Shown: positions 1 to 12,272 of the stretch, in pieces | Layout of the letters: the number at the start of each line of letters is the position of its first letter | How positions within the stretch are numbered: position 1 is the stretch's first letter | NCBI GenBank assembly: GCA_000934665.2 | Contig: KZ538199.1 | Location: forward strand, 62,001 to 105,959 | Origin: Catajapyx aquilonaris | Lineage: Eukaryota | Reading direction: 5' to 3' | Length of the DNA: 43,959 nt | Translations under genes and position numbers: made by a program | The notes under the pieces: model-generated | Told to the model about the DNA's origin: nothing | Databases searched by the model: none | Seen by the model: only the letters and a program-made list of their open reading frames with translations

Positions 1-720
1 TTGGTTTCCACAAAAAAGCATTACACGCTGGGAATGTGCCATCCAAAAGGCCCCCTTCGCCAACTCGCCATTTGGCAGCGGAGTTGGGGACAGATATTGA
101 CTTTTAAGGCCGCTCAATTAGTCGCACATGACTGAATCATATTGCGACGCTTCACATGTTCAGTGCTTGTATAAAATGATGCTGGATAGTATTTAATTGC
201 TGTATATTGCGAAATTTTTGTGCAGGAAAAAAAAACGCAAGTAATCTACCCTCATATAGAGGTGGTGGAATCGGGCGTGTGACACTTATCGAATGTTCTG
301 TAGTCCAGCCTGAAAGGCAGACGCATAATGCCCAGGGCCCCTATGAATGTGTGCGGATGAGATGAGAAGTTAATGGAGGTGGTACGGCACCCCCCCTGAG
401 AAAAGTAAACCCAAGATATCCAAGCCGACTCGAATCGCCTGCCCTTTCAGCAGGGGCCAGTTTGACCTGCGTCTCTGCCCGCCTGATTTGCATATGAGTA
501 CACTGCTGCTCGGTTACTTATCAAAAAGCAACTGAGTTCTAACCAGTTTCCAAGTGTCCCCGGGGCCATTACCTCCCTTCTGCAACCATGAACCCTTCAA
601 GTTTTTTTTTAAGTTTTTTTTTGTACAGTGTAAAGGCGGGGTGTTACGTGACATCGCAGTGCAAAATGCAAAATGAAGCTTTCCCGGCATAACTAAGCGT
701 ATCCTTGTTTGTCGTTCCAG

Positions 721-909
721 AACCGAGAGGTGTATAACGAGGATGACCCCCGTGCTGAGAACGGCATCGCTTGGGGTAGCCTGAGCCTGTCTTTTTTGTG
801 GAGCTTTGGGCGTCAGCAGGAGGACCAAGAAGAGCAAGAGGATGGGCCGTTGCCCCGTCCGCCTCGGGGCCGCCCCAGGAGCCGCTCCGTGGGTGCCTTT
901 ATCTCCTGA
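721..909 (+). CDS. Probable terminal coding exon of an unidentified gene (NREVYNEDDPRAENGIAWGSLSLSFLWSFGRQQEDQEEQEDGPLPRPPRGRPRSRSVGAFIS*)
   Basis: Pyrimidine-rich acceptor ccttgtttgtcgttccAG ending at 720 with a branch-like actaag at ~692. GC-rich island in an AT-rich background. Open in phase 0 to TGA 907-909, while the other two frames stop early. Followed by ATTAAA (1001), AATAAA (1176) and TATTTA-rich sequence. Protein not recognised. Confidence 0.55.
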   Translation, partial: NREVYNEDDPRAENGIAWGSLSLSFLWSFGRQQEDQEEQEDGPLPRPPRGRPRSRSVGAFIS

Positions 910-1000
910 TCCTGTTGCGCAAGACAGCGGCCCGCCACGCAACCTGAATCAAGAGAGAAAATCTGGCTAATCAGGTGACACCCAATGCCCTTGTGGAGCC

Positions 1001-1181
1001 ATTAAAATCATTGCTCAAAAATCCAGTTTTTGGCAATCGGGATAGACGAAAGTTGAGGGAAAACTAGTGCCATTATTTTTGCACATTTGATAGACGTTTA
1101 AAGCACCCATTTTGGTAAGATCCGAAGAGGGAGAAGAAAGGTGGTGCTACACGTTTTTGGTCTTCCGGATTGCGAAATAAA
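1001..1181 (+). promoter_or_regulatory. Candidate polyadenylation signals for the 721-909 exon
   Basis: ATTAAA 1001-1006 and AATAAA 1176-1181 downstream of the stop codon. Confidence 0.3.
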
Positions 1182-2847
1182 CCAAATCGTAACTTGTGAT
1201 TTGTTAGGACTGAATTTATACTCGTCTGCTACAGATTTTTTGAGATAACGTGTATAGTTGAATACTCGAATTTTTTCACTCAGTGATTTACACGTACACG
1301 GTGTGAGCTTGCCTAAGTTAGGGTGCTGAAAAATTATATCCATGTGTACGATGGATTTTTGCTCATAGCTTATGCAATTTGAATTGAATTTGACATAATT
1401 TCGTTCGTGTTTTTTTTTTTCTTCGTCTGAAGCAGTCTTATTTATTTAGGAAAGACCAATTGCACACAGGCCGTGTTTATTATATCATTGTATTTATTTA
1501 TTCGTACGAATTATTTACCGCTTTTTAAGCGACGTTTGGTAATCACTGTCAATTTATGTACATATAATGAATGTTTGTAAGGTCCTGTGTAGTCTGAGTC
1601 TCAATGCGTCGCCGTGGTACTCTTGGATTTACAACTATGCGGTATCAGTGCAGAATTTCTGGATGGAGTGTGCCGGCCACATATACCATATTCTCAGAGC
1701 CCCATTGGCCTTTCATTCCGAGATTAGAGCTGGCAGAGGATTATAATAGTACTTGTGCACATACTTGTATCATACTGGCGGCGCATTGAGACTTAGCATT
1801 ACGAATTCAACAGAGTTGGAACTTCTGCTTGCATTAAGAGCAAATAAACATCTACTTTACACAAAGATGATGTGTAAAGGACCGGTAGGTACGGGCTTCA
1901 TTATGCCCATGATGTGTTTTCTGTTTAGAGCGATGTAAAGAGGGGGGAAATCCGCGACATTGTGAACGGATTGATTTCCACATTGTTATGGAAAAAATCA
2001 GCGATTGAAAGTGGCTTATCAATGATTATTTTTTAACCTCGTACCCATCTGCGTACATATGCGTGAAACCTTTCAGACAATAAGGGGATGAATTATTCCC
2101 TTGTTAGAAAAAAAATCAGCAGATCTGCTGGAAAGTATCGTTTTTTGTTTGTTTTTTTAATCCCTCCCCTCCACTCGCCCGAAGTTGACTTGCAAAGATG
2201 GAAATCTTTGACAAAATTAGAACGGTGAAATTTTTTCCTTGTCAAGAATGAAACGGCAATAGATATATGAGGGAATATATGGTGGGTAAAGGTGATAACT
2301 GTAATTTTTGTCATTTTTCTCCTCAACACCTACGAGTATACTAGCAGCTACGTAAAATACATGACAAATCTAAACAATCATGTTCAAGATTTTGACCCCC
2401 CCCCCCCTTTTTTTTTTCTTCTCCCCGTCATTTTGAATAGTGTCAGCGCAATATTGATATATTCCAAGTTCACGTATCATGCACGAGACTGCAACACGGG
2501 CTATACCAAAACCAGCATTCCCTACAATGCCTACATGATTTGTGAAGAGAGTGCAAACTTAAATTCGCTCTCCTGAAAAACTTCACTTTTGTGGGTTGTC
2601 ACTTGTCCCCTTTTTCTGGTTACGCCACTGAAGGTAGATCACATACCTAGGGTTTGTTGATGCTTTTTTTCACTGCCTCTCCCCCGCACCCTCCACCCGA
2701 TGTGTAAGATTAGAAACCCCACTTCAAAAAAAGAACAATTTTGCCCCATGTAGAGGATCATACACGATGAAAGTAATCCACCTGCTTATTCAGCTAAGGA
2801 ACCAACGTGACTGTTTATGTGTGGCTCGGTAACGATTGAAAAAGGAC

Positions 2848-4535
2848 TTCCCAATCATATTCTAGATTTTCAGCCCTCAACCCCCCCCCCCCCCCCCNCC
2901 CTCTTTCTGCCCATCATTTTTAATAGTGTCAGAGTAATCAGGAGTCTAATATTGCTGAACTTTAAAGTATGTGCGTCCAACGGATGCCACGGATATTTTG
3001 TCGAATTTGCCACAATAGACGATTACATTTTCCCAATCATGTTCTAGATTTTGACCATCCCACCCCCTTTCTCCCGTCATTTTGGTATCAGAGCAATCAG
3101 GAGTCTCTAATAATTTCCTGCTTCTAGTGCTGATGGTGTTCAATAACTTATCAGTTGTTGTTTTTTTTTACGCGAAAAACTTTCCGCTTACTTTGGGGTA
3201 GGGTGGCATCGCCTATACACTGCCCTACAACGTAACAAATGTATGGCGCAGCATAGCCATTGCCGCTTTTACATCATCACCATCACCATCACGACATTTC
3301 CCTAAAAGGGGTAATCAGCGATGACGGGGAGCCACAAGGTAACCCAAAATATGAACTAAATTAAAACTTGTAAAAATTAACCTATATAAACAACCCGCCG
3401 CTTTTACGCCAAAAAACCCCTCATATAATCTAATCTCTAAAATTTGCTGAACTTGAAAATAATGGAAATTGTCCAGGAATGTGCGTCCAACATCCTGCCA
3501 GGCATAAATTATCGAATTTGCTGATATAGGCGATTGAATTTTCCCAATCATGTTCTAGATTTTGAGCCTCCAACCTTCCTCTTTCCCCCATGATTTTGAA
3601 TAGTCTCAGAATAATCAGGATTCTGTAATCATTGCTGAACTTTAAAATAATTGAAATTGTCGACGAATGTGCGTCCAACATCCCGTCACGGATATTTTGT
3701 CGAATTTGCCACAATACACGGTTACATTTTCCCAATCATGTTTTAGATTTTGAGCTCCCAACCCTCCTCTTTCCCCCATCATTTTCAATAGCGTCAGAAC
3801 AATCAGTATTCTGCAACAATTGCTGAACATTAAAATAATGGAAATTGTCGACGAATGTGCGCCCACCATCCCAGCACGGATAAATTATCTCATTTGCCAC
3901 AATTGACGATTACATTTTCCCAATCATGTTCTAGATTTTGAGTCCCCAGCCCCCTTCTTCCCTTTCATTTTGAGTAGTATCAGATTATTCAGGAGTCTCC
4001 AATAATATTGCTGTACTTTAAAATAATGGAAATTGTCGAGGAATGTGCGTCCAACATCCCGCCACGGATATTTTATCGAATTGGCCACAATACACCATTG
4101 AATTTTCCCAATCATGTTCTCGATTTGAGCCCCCAACCCCCGTATTCCCCTACATTTGGAATAATGTCATATGAATCAGGAGTCTCGAATAATTGCTAAA
4201 CTTTAAAATCATCGAAATTGTCTAGGAATGTGCGTCCAACATCCCGCCACGGATATTTTATAGAATTTGCCACAATACAAAATTGAATTTTCCCAATCAT
4301 GTTCTAGATTTTTGAGCCCCCAACCCGATCCCCCCTGTTTCCCCCATCACTTCGAATAGTGTCAGAACAATCAGGATTCTGCAATAGTTGCTGAGATTTA
4401 AAATCATGGAAATTTCGACGAATGTTCAACCATCATCCCAGCAGGGATAAATTATCGAATTTCCCACAATTGACGATTACATTTTCCCAATCATGTTCTA
4501 GATTTTGAAACCCTCACCCCCTCCTCCCGCACCCC
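2848..4535 (+). repeat. ~188-bp satellite array (about 8 units, interrupted at ~3120-3440)
   Basis: Anchor cccaatcat(g)tt at ~2850, 3032, 3543, 3731, 3920, 4107, 4292, 4486 (spacing 185-194 within the uninterrupted part). Each unit has a variable C-rich tract. Confidence 0.95.
3272..3440 (-). mobile_element. Retroposon 3'-end fragment with (ATG/GTG)n tail
   Basis: (cat/cac)n + atttcccta..aggggta.tcagcgatgacgggagcc..aag.taacccaa, homologous to 17801-17969 and 18822-18990. Confidence 0.6.
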
Positions 4536-5516
4536 AATTGTCAGAATAGAATCCGGCGGTGTAAATTGTTTGCATAACTTGAAACAATTCCAAATTCTTA
4601 ACTTTCAAGCTCAGATTTTAAATACTCCGAAGTTAAATATTTAAAAACTGCCTTTCACTTATGTAATTAGGACTCAAGTGCCACTAAAGATTATCCTGAT
4701 CACGGCACAATCTATACTGTGATGGATCTATTCCCCCAATTGATGTCCATGTTGTTGTTTTTTTTTTTTTGCGCCTTCCTCCTTTACATTACCACCCCCA
4801 AATCCCACCCAAAATAATAAAGAAATACTCTATTGGCCCTCTGATATATCTAGGCTATTAAGGACGCATATCCCCCCTTGTTAGCAAGGAATCCGGCTAT
4901 CTACATATTACCCCGCCCCATTGTATGATACAACTAAGTAAGAACAGAAAGTTCGTGTGAGAGGAAATTATTTTTTTTAAAGAAAAAAACAAAAAAAATC
5001 GTCACAATCATCACAATCACCTTCACCAGCACCATCACTAGCACAACAAGCCTCCAACTTCATGAAAAAATAAAAGGACCAAAACGAAAACTGGATGTCT
5101 TCAGGATCCATTTTGCAATGTGGCCAGATTATTTTGATTGGAAGTTGTTCCTAATAATAATAGATGAAAAAGTGACTCCGTTTATATCTGCCCCCTGAGC
5201 AGTCAAACCTAGCCTCAAAATTCGCCATTTAAATGTAAATATGTTGCAAATAATCGGCTTTCAACCCCAGGGTTTCGCTACTCAGGAGGCATTTAAGAAC
5301 GGATTTTCAGGCGTTCATCTAATATTATCATGTAGAACTTGCAATGAATAGTGTCGACCCTCACGGCAAAATCGATCCTGGAAGACATCTTAAAAAAATA
5401 AAAAACAAAACAAAACAAAAAAGCACTCCAAAACTGAAGAGAAAAACCACAACAAAAACTCAGTGAAGGAAAACAAAAAAAAAGAAATTAAAATACAAAA
5501 AAAGAGGAAGAGGAAG

Positions 5517-5627
5517 GGTCGAATTTTCGTCCCACTGCTAGTTACTGCTAACTTAGCAGTAGACTACCAGTTCCAACAGAGGCACTGCTAAGTTAGCAGT
5601 AACTAGCAGTGGGACAAAAATTCGACC
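5517..5627. mobile_element. 111-bp hairpin / miniature inverted-repeat element, copy 1
   Basis: Arms 5517-5560 and 5584-5627 are complementary at 43/44; identical copy at 14838-14948. Confidence 0.85.
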
Positions 5628-5679
5628 AGAAAAGCAGAATATTAGGACGATACCGTGACAAAACATGCGGAATAAAATG

Positions 5680-6700
5680 AAAAGTTCACCCCTATTTTTT
5701 ATTTTAATGTAACTTGGTGCTATTATTCTTCATATAATGTAGTATGACCTTATTTTTAAATAAAATACGATCACTGAGTCACGCGCAATTAAATGGACGA
5801 ACGACCTTATGTGTCGTTGGCTACATGGCACACCGTTACGTTTGATGTACAAGTGTGTTGACGTTGTCCTTGATGGAGGGATTGCGGAGATTGAATGTTC
5901 ACATTTTTTTAATCGAAATGAAATAATTATATTTTGAGTTTATCGTTGAAAAAGTATATATTCGTCATCGAACTACCTCCTTCAACCTTTAAAAATCATT
6001 TTCGTAATCTATTCATCATTCAGGGCATGTTTTGACTATAATTTTTGCAGAGTGGGATCAAACAGGTCGGTCGGCGACGGATTTCATGTAATTCGACAAG
6101 GTTGGCAGTTGGCAGGGTCGGCATTATGGCTCTTTGGAGAGAATGTGGGCTGCAAAAAAATGTAAAAGCATTTTCCAAACCCGCCATCGCGCGAAATGGA
6201 CAGTTACACCAACCCTGCTGCTAGCCTTGCCAAAATGACGTCACTCAACCGAAATCCGGCGCCGACCGACCTGTTTTATTTTATCACTCCGGAACTTACG
6301 GAGGTCCCACACTGGAAAAAGCGGTCAAAATGCTGAATTAGTATAGCTTACGGTGCATTGTTTTAAGAGGCCGACGGAGGTAGTCCGATAACGGATGTAG
6401 TATTTTTCAACGATGAACTTCAAATATAATGCTGTCATTTCGATTTGAAAAATTTCGACATTCCATCATCGCAATCCGTGCATCGTGTACGGCATATTTG
6501 CATGATAGTACATCAAACGCAACGGTACAGGGTCGTTTGTCCACGTGTGTGGGGGCGTTTACTCGCGGTACGGGTTTTAGCCTTTCAATTAAAACGCTGG
6601 ACTGGTGATCATACTTTTAAAAATAGTGTCATTCTTTATTCCTTATCCAGAATAATGCCACGAAATTTCATGAGTGAAGATGAAAATATGGGGTGAGATT
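5680..6700. mobile_element. Old ~1-kb foldback (long degenerate TIR) element, copy 1
   Basis: Mirror blocks: aaacaggtcggtcggcgacggatttc / gaaatccggcgccgaccgacctgttt; tatcgttgaaaaa..gaactacctcc / ggaggtagtcc..tttttcaacgatg; ccgttacgtttgatgtac / gtacatcaaacgcaacgg; tcacccctatttt / aaaatatggggtga. Confidence 0.75.
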
Positions 6701-6893
6701 GCTAGCATGATTTCTTCCGGAATCGCCCACTTGGGAAGGGAGAATAAGAATACGCACCCTATTCAGTTTTCTTACACTCCTTTCCCTCATTATAAAATGA
6801 CAGAACACAAAATAACAAAAAAATATGAAAAGGAAATAAAAGCACAAAAAAACTACAAAACCACTGAAAAGTATAAAAAAAATACAAAATATA

Positions 6894-7460
6894 CGAGGGC
6901 GAATCAAAAAGGAATTCACAACTTTTTAAATTCCGAAGTTTCACTACAGAAACTGAAACTGACGTATACGTATGAAGGGTCAAGTCTTTTTCTAAATTTG
7001 GCCATAGTCACCATACACATTGACACACTTATAATTTTTCAATGCGACTACAGAAAAAAGCGTCAAGCTGGCTGGGAAGGCAGTGTCGGACGACCTCTCT
7101 TCTACTTCATCGACGTCGCTGAGGTCTTGACAAGCCAGTGCTTCTTGTTTTGGTAGATCTCGGTTATTACCATCATTTTCGTACCAATCTAGAAGCACCT
7201 GGCCTGTCAGCACCTCAGTGGCTCAGCGGCAACGAGGAAGTGAAAGAGGCCGTCCGCCACTGGCTTACCAGCCAGCATGATTTTTTTCCCCCCACAGTGG
7301 CATGGAAATGATAAGTGTACTGCTGGGATAAATGCGTCAATGTGTCGGGTGACTATATGTCCAAAATTATTAGAAAAAGACTTGCCCTTTCATACGTATG
7401 TCAGTTTCAGTGAATCTTCGGAATTTAAAAAGTTGTGAATTACTTTTGGATTCGCCCGAG
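6894..7460. mobile_element. Mariner-derived foldback MITE, copy M1
   Basis: TA|CGAGGGCGAATC...GATTCGCCCGAG|TA. Both arms encode the mariner transposase C-terminus (EEVKEAVRHWLTSQ...WDKCVNVSGDY on +; KCVNVYGDY on -). Confidence 0.92.
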
Positions 7461-7708
7461 TACTATAAATAATATAAAAAAAATTATTGAAGATGTACCA
7501 GAGTATCCCGGCAAGGAAAAATAATAATAAAATAAATGGAAAAGTTTAAAAAAAAGTTTTGACCCTCTCCTAACCCTCTCCTAACCCCCCCCCCCCCCCC
7601 CNCAGCTTTTATATACCATTTTAAAACAATACAAGGACAAAATCCTACAAAACCACTGGAAAGTTTAAAAAACAACCACAAAAAAAAACAAAAAAAACAA
7701 AATATATA

Positions 7709-8134
7709 CGAGGGCGAATCAAAACGTAATTCTCAGCCTTTTAAAATTCCGAAGCTTCACTACAGAAACGGAAACTGGCATAATTTACGTGTGAAGGGGC
7801 AAGTCTTTCTAATTTTGAACATAGTCACCATATACATTGACACCCTTGTAAAATTTTCCATGCGACTGCATAAAAAAGCGTCAAGCTGGCTGGAAAGTCA
7901 ATGGGGGACGGCCTAACGCGAAAGTCCGCCACTGACTTCCAAGCCAGCCAGACCCTTTTTTCTGCAGTGGCATGGAAAAACTACGTGTCCCGCTGGGATA
8001 AGTGCATCAATGTGTATGGTGACTATGACCAAAATTAGAAAAGGACTTGCCCCTTCATACGTATGTCAGTTTCAGTTTCTGTAGTGAATCTTCGGAATTT
8101 AAAAAGTTGTGAATTCCTTTTGGATTCGCCGTAG
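7709..8134. mobile_element. Mariner foldback MITE, copy M2 (shorter centre)
   Basis: TA|CGAGGGCGAATC...GATTCGCCGTAG|TA, same arms as M1. Confidence 0.9.
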
Positions 8135-8331
8135 TACTGTAAATACAACAAAAGAAAAAGGTTCAATTAAGTTGAAATACTTGTAAAAGTATTCATATAA
8201 AAGAAAACGGAAATCCGTGCTTTAAAAAACCAAAAAAAAAAGAAAAAGAAAAGCCGTAGGAAAAAAAAGGAAAGCCTTTTAAAAAGTTGCCAGTGCGTAA
8301 CTTTGCTTTACCAGCTAATTTCCACATAAGA

Positions 8332-8600
8332 CGATGACATTTTCCTAATCATGTTCTAGATTTTGAGCCCCTAACACCCCTACCCCGCCCCCCTTGTTTC
8401 CTCATCATTTTGAATAGTGTCAGGACAATATAAGTACCGTATTCTGTAATAATCGCTGAACTTTAAAATAATGGAAATTGTCGACGAATGTGCAACCATC
8501 ATCCCAGCACTGATAAATTATCTAATTTGCCACAATTGACGATTACATTTTCCCAATCATGTTCTAGATTTTGAAACCCCCACCCCCTCGTCCCACCCCA
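8332..8600 (+). repeat. ~188-bp satellite, about 1.5 units
   Basis: Anchors at ~8344 and ~8552, followed by the same ccaattgtcagaatagaatc exit sequence seen at ~4535. Confidence 0.9.
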
Positions 8601-8720
8601 ATTGTCAGAATAGAATCAGGCAGTGTAAATTGTTTGCATAACTTGAAAAAAAAAACTAATTCTTAACATCCAAGCTCAAATTTTAAATACTCCCCCAAAA
8701 AATAGGAAAATGATATAACA

Positions 8721-8895
8721 GCACAAAAAAACTACAAAACCACTGAAGAGGAAATAAAGCACAAAAAAACTACAAAACCACTGAAAAGGAAATAAAGCAC
8801 AAAAAAACTACAAAACCACTGAAGAGGAAATAAAGCACATAAAAAACTACAAAACCACTGAAAAGGAAATAAAGCACAAAAAAACACCGAAAAGT
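8721..8895 (+). repeat. 38-bp minisatellite (about 4.5 units) formed from the MITE left flank
   Basis: gcacaaaaaaactacaaaaccactgaa(g/a)aggaaataaa repeated with period 38. Confidence 0.92.
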
Positions 8896-8917
8896 ATTTT
8901 TAAAAATACAAAATATA

Positions 8918-9475
8918 CGAGGGCGAATCAAAAAGGAATTCTCAACTTTTTAAATGCCTAAGCTTCACTACAGAAACTGAAACTGACGTATACGTATGAA
9001 GGGGCAAGTCTCTTTCTAAATTTGGTCATCGTCACCATACACATTGACGCACTTATAATTTTTCAATGCGCCTGCATAAAAAAGCGTCAAGCTGGCTGGG
9101 AAGTCAGTGTCGGACGACCTCTTCTACTTCATCGACGTCGCTGAGGTCTTGACAAGCCAGTGCTAATATTTTTGGTAGATCATTGTTATTACCATCATTT
9201 TCGTACCAATCTAGAAGCACCTGGCCTGTCAGCACTTAAGCGGCAACGACGAAGTGAAAGAGGCCGTCCGCGACTGGCTTACCAGACAGATTGACCTTTT
9301 TTTCCGCAGTGCCATGGGAAAGTAAGTGTCCTGCTGGGATAAGTGCGTCAATGTGTCGGGTGACTATGACGAAAATTAGAAAAAGACTTGCCCTTTCATA
9401 CGTACGTCCGTTTCAGTTTCTGTAGTGAATCTTCGGAATTTAAAAAGTTGTGAATTACTTTTGGATTCGCCCAAG
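8918..9475. mobile_element. Mariner foldback MITE, copy M3
   Basis: TA|CGAGGGCGAATC...GATTCGCCCAAG|TA. Confidence 0.92.
9215..9379 (+). pseudogene. Mariner transposase C-terminal remnant inside M3
   Basis: Reads KHLACQHLSGNDEVKEAVRDWLTRQIDLFFRSAMGK*VSCWDKCVNVSGDYDEN*. This matches the mariner post-catalytic tail (LKKHL.G..F..D.EVK.AV..W...Q...FF..G...L..RW.KC....GDY.EK). Confidence 0.9.
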
Positions 9476-9787
9476 TACTATAAATACAACAAAAAAAAAA
9501 CCCGATGTTCACCTAAGTACTCTTCGGACATTCAATGTTCACGATATAAAAGAAAACGGAAAGCCGTTCAAAAAAACAAAAAAAAGTCAAACAAATAAAG
9601 AAAAGAAAATCCGGAAGAATACTAAAAATAAAAGGAAAGCTTTCAAAAAACGTTGCCACTGCATATTATAAAAGCATCGCTGTTCCCCATATTTATCCCC
9701 AATAATTTGGGAAACAGTTTTTAAAAGCGAAAAAAAACTATAAAACCACGGAAAAGTAAAAAAAAAGAGTAAATAATACAAAATATA

Positions 9788-10126
9788 CCAGGGCGAATCA
9801 AAAAGTAATTCTCATCTTTTTTAAATACCGAAGCTTCACTATACAGAAATTGAAACTAACGTATCCGTATGAAGGGGTAGGTCTTTTTCTAATTATGGAC
9901 ATATTCACCATACACATTGACACACTTGTAAAAAATTTCCATGCGACTGCAGAAAAAAGGGTCAAGCTGGCTGGGAAGTCAATGGCGGACGAAGTGCATC
10001 AATGTGTATGGTGACTAAGACCAAAATTAGAAAAAGGCTTGCCCTTTCATAAGTATGTCAGTTTCAGTTTCTGTAGTGAATCTTTGGAATTTAAAAAGTT
10101 GTGAATTACTTTTGGATTCGCCCTGG
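9788..10126. mobile_element. Mariner foldback MITE, copy M4 (internally deleted)
   Basis: TA|CCAGGGCGAATC...GATTCGCCCTGG. Confidence 0.88.
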
Positions 10127-10311
10127 TGTTAATTAAAAAATATATAAAAAGTTCACCTAAGTACAAGTGTATTCCTACAAGGACAAATGTTCAATGTTCG
10201 AACTAGCCTCTCTCGTTCATAAGTATTGTTTCAGAGAAAACGGAAAGCCGTGCAAAAAAGAAAAGAAATTAAAAAAGAAATAAAAAAGAAAAGCCTTAAA
10301 TTGACAAATGA

Positions 10312-10920
10312 ATTCCCAATCATGTTCTAGATTTTCAGCCCCCAACCCCCCTCTTTCTGCCCGTCATTTTTAATAGCGTCAGAGTAATCAGGATTCTAAT
10401 AATTGCTGAACTTGAAAGTACTATGTTCTTCCAACGGATGCCACGGATATTTTGTCGAATTTGCCACAATAGACGATTACATTTTCCTAATCATGTTCTA
10501 GATTTTGAGTCCCCAACCCGCTTCTTCTTCCCCTTCATATTGAATAGTGTCAGATTAATCAGGAGTCTCCAATAATATTGCCGAACTTTTAAAAAATGGA
10601 AATTGTCCAGGAATGTGCGTCCAACATCCCGTCACGGATAATTTGTCGTATTTGCCACAATACACGATCACATTTTCCCAATCATGTTCTAGATTTTGGG
10701 TCCCTAACCCCCCCCCCCCCTTTCCCCAAACATTTTGAATAGTGTCAGAATAATCAGGATTCTGCAATAATTGCTGAACTTTAAAATAATGGGAATTGTC
10801 GACGAATATGCGCCCACCATCTCAGCAGGGATAAATTATCTAATTTGCCACAAGACGATTACATTTTCCCAATCATGTTCTAGATTTTGAACCCCCCCCC
10901 CCACCCCACCCCCTCCTCCC
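10312..10920 (+). repeat. ~188-bp satellite array (about 3.5 units)
   Basis: Anchors at ~10314, 10486, 10676, 10868. Confidence 0.93.
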
Positions 10921-11740
10921 ACTTGTCAGAATAGAATCAGGCAGTGTAAATTGTGTGCATAGCTTGAAAAAAAATCCTAATTCTTAACTTTCAAGCTCCG
11001 ATTTTAAATACTCCCACATGAAATATTTGCAAACTGCCTTTCACTTATGCAATTAGAACTCAAATGCCACTAAAAATTATCCTGGTTATATTACCCCGTA
11101 CCATTGTACACCTAAGTAAGAACAGAAAGGTCATGCCAGTGGAAATTATTTGTAAAAAAAAAAAAAAAATGGAAAAATGGAAAAAATGGAGAGAAAAAAA
11201 ACATTAACAATATTAAAAGCGAAAAAAAATCCCTACAGCCAACTTCATAAGTCAAAATAAAAGGACGAACGAAAACTGGATGTCTTCAGGATCCATCTTG
11301 CCATGTGGTCATATTATTTTTATTGGAAGTTGTTCCAAATAATAATGGATGAAAAAGTGACTCCGTTTATATCTGCCCCCTGAGCAGTCAAACCTGGCCT
11401 CAAAATTCGCCATTTTAAATGAAAATATATTGCAAAAAATCGGCTTTCAAGCCCAGGGTTTCGCTACTCAGGGGACATTTAAGAACTGATTTTCACTCCT
11501 TCATATAATTATTATGAAGAACTTGCAATGAAAAGTGTCGCGTCTCACGGCAAAATCGATCCTGGAAGACATCTTTTAAAAAAACACTACAAAACTGAAG
11601 AAATAAATATAAAAAAACTCAGTGAAAGAAAACCAAAAAGAAGATATGAAAATACAAAAAAAGAGGAAGAGGAAGGGTCGAAATAAAAGCACAAAAAAAC
11701 TACAAAACCACTGAAAAGTATTTAAAAAATACAAAATATA
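10920..11740 (+). repeat. Deleted paralogue (copy B) of the post-satellite spacer
   Basis: Matches 4535-5523 with ~4700-4905 missing, then jumps from ggtcgaa (11676-11682) to ataaaagcac, equivalent to ~6836. Confidence 0.88.
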
Positions 11741-12013
11741 CGAGGGCGAATCAAAAAGTAATTCACAACTTTTTAAATTCCGAAGCTTCACTAGAGAAAC
11801 TGAAATGACGTGTACGTACGTATGAAGGGGCAGCCTTTTTCTATATTTGGATATATTCACCATACACATGACACACTTATAATTTTTCCATGCGACTACA
11901 GAAAAAAGCGTCAAGCTGGCTGGGAAGTAAACACTTGCCTTCTCATACGTATGTCAGTTTCAGTGAATCTTCGGAATTTAAAAAGTTGTGAATTACTTTT
12001 GGATTTGCCCTAG
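11741..12013. mobile_element. Mariner foldback MITE, copy M5 (internally deleted)
   Basis: TA|CGAGGGCGAATC...GATTTGCCCTAG|TA. Confidence 0.88.
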
Positions 12014-12272
12014 TACTATAAATAAATAAAAATTATTGAATACGTACCCGAGTATCTGACAAAGGACATAAGTCCACAAATATTACGAGGGGAAAAGAAT
12101 AAAGTAAATGGAAAAGTTTTTTTTAAAAAAAGTATTGACCCCCCTCCCCCCCCCCCCCGGTCTGGCAACCAATAATGACATAAAAAAAGAATAAAAGCAC
12201 AAAAAAACTACAAAACCATTGAAAATTAGAAAAAAAAATAGCTCATTGAGCCGAGAAGCGATACAAAATATA

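Larger units (their letters stand above)
2654..7500 (+). repeat. Segmental duplication unit, copy A (leader + satellite + spacer + hairpin + foldback + mariner MITE)
   Basis: Colinear with 12930-16800; both start tgttgatgctttttt..ctgcctctcccccgc.ccctccacccgatgtgtaagattagaaacc. Confidence 0.92.

Noticed and set aside
3440..4535. CRISPR-like regular repeats
   Set aside because: Whole ~188-bp monomers are homologous with no unique spacers, there are no cas genes, and the context is eukaryotic
6674..7156. 160-aa ORF repeated as the 154-aa ORF at 15964-16428
   Set aside because: It runs across foldback, A-rich flank and antisense MITE arm; similarity reflects recent duplication and the C-terminal frames differ
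7564..7601. Telomere-like CCTAA / CCCTAA motifs
   Set aside because: Only two spaced units beside a poly-C run; not an array
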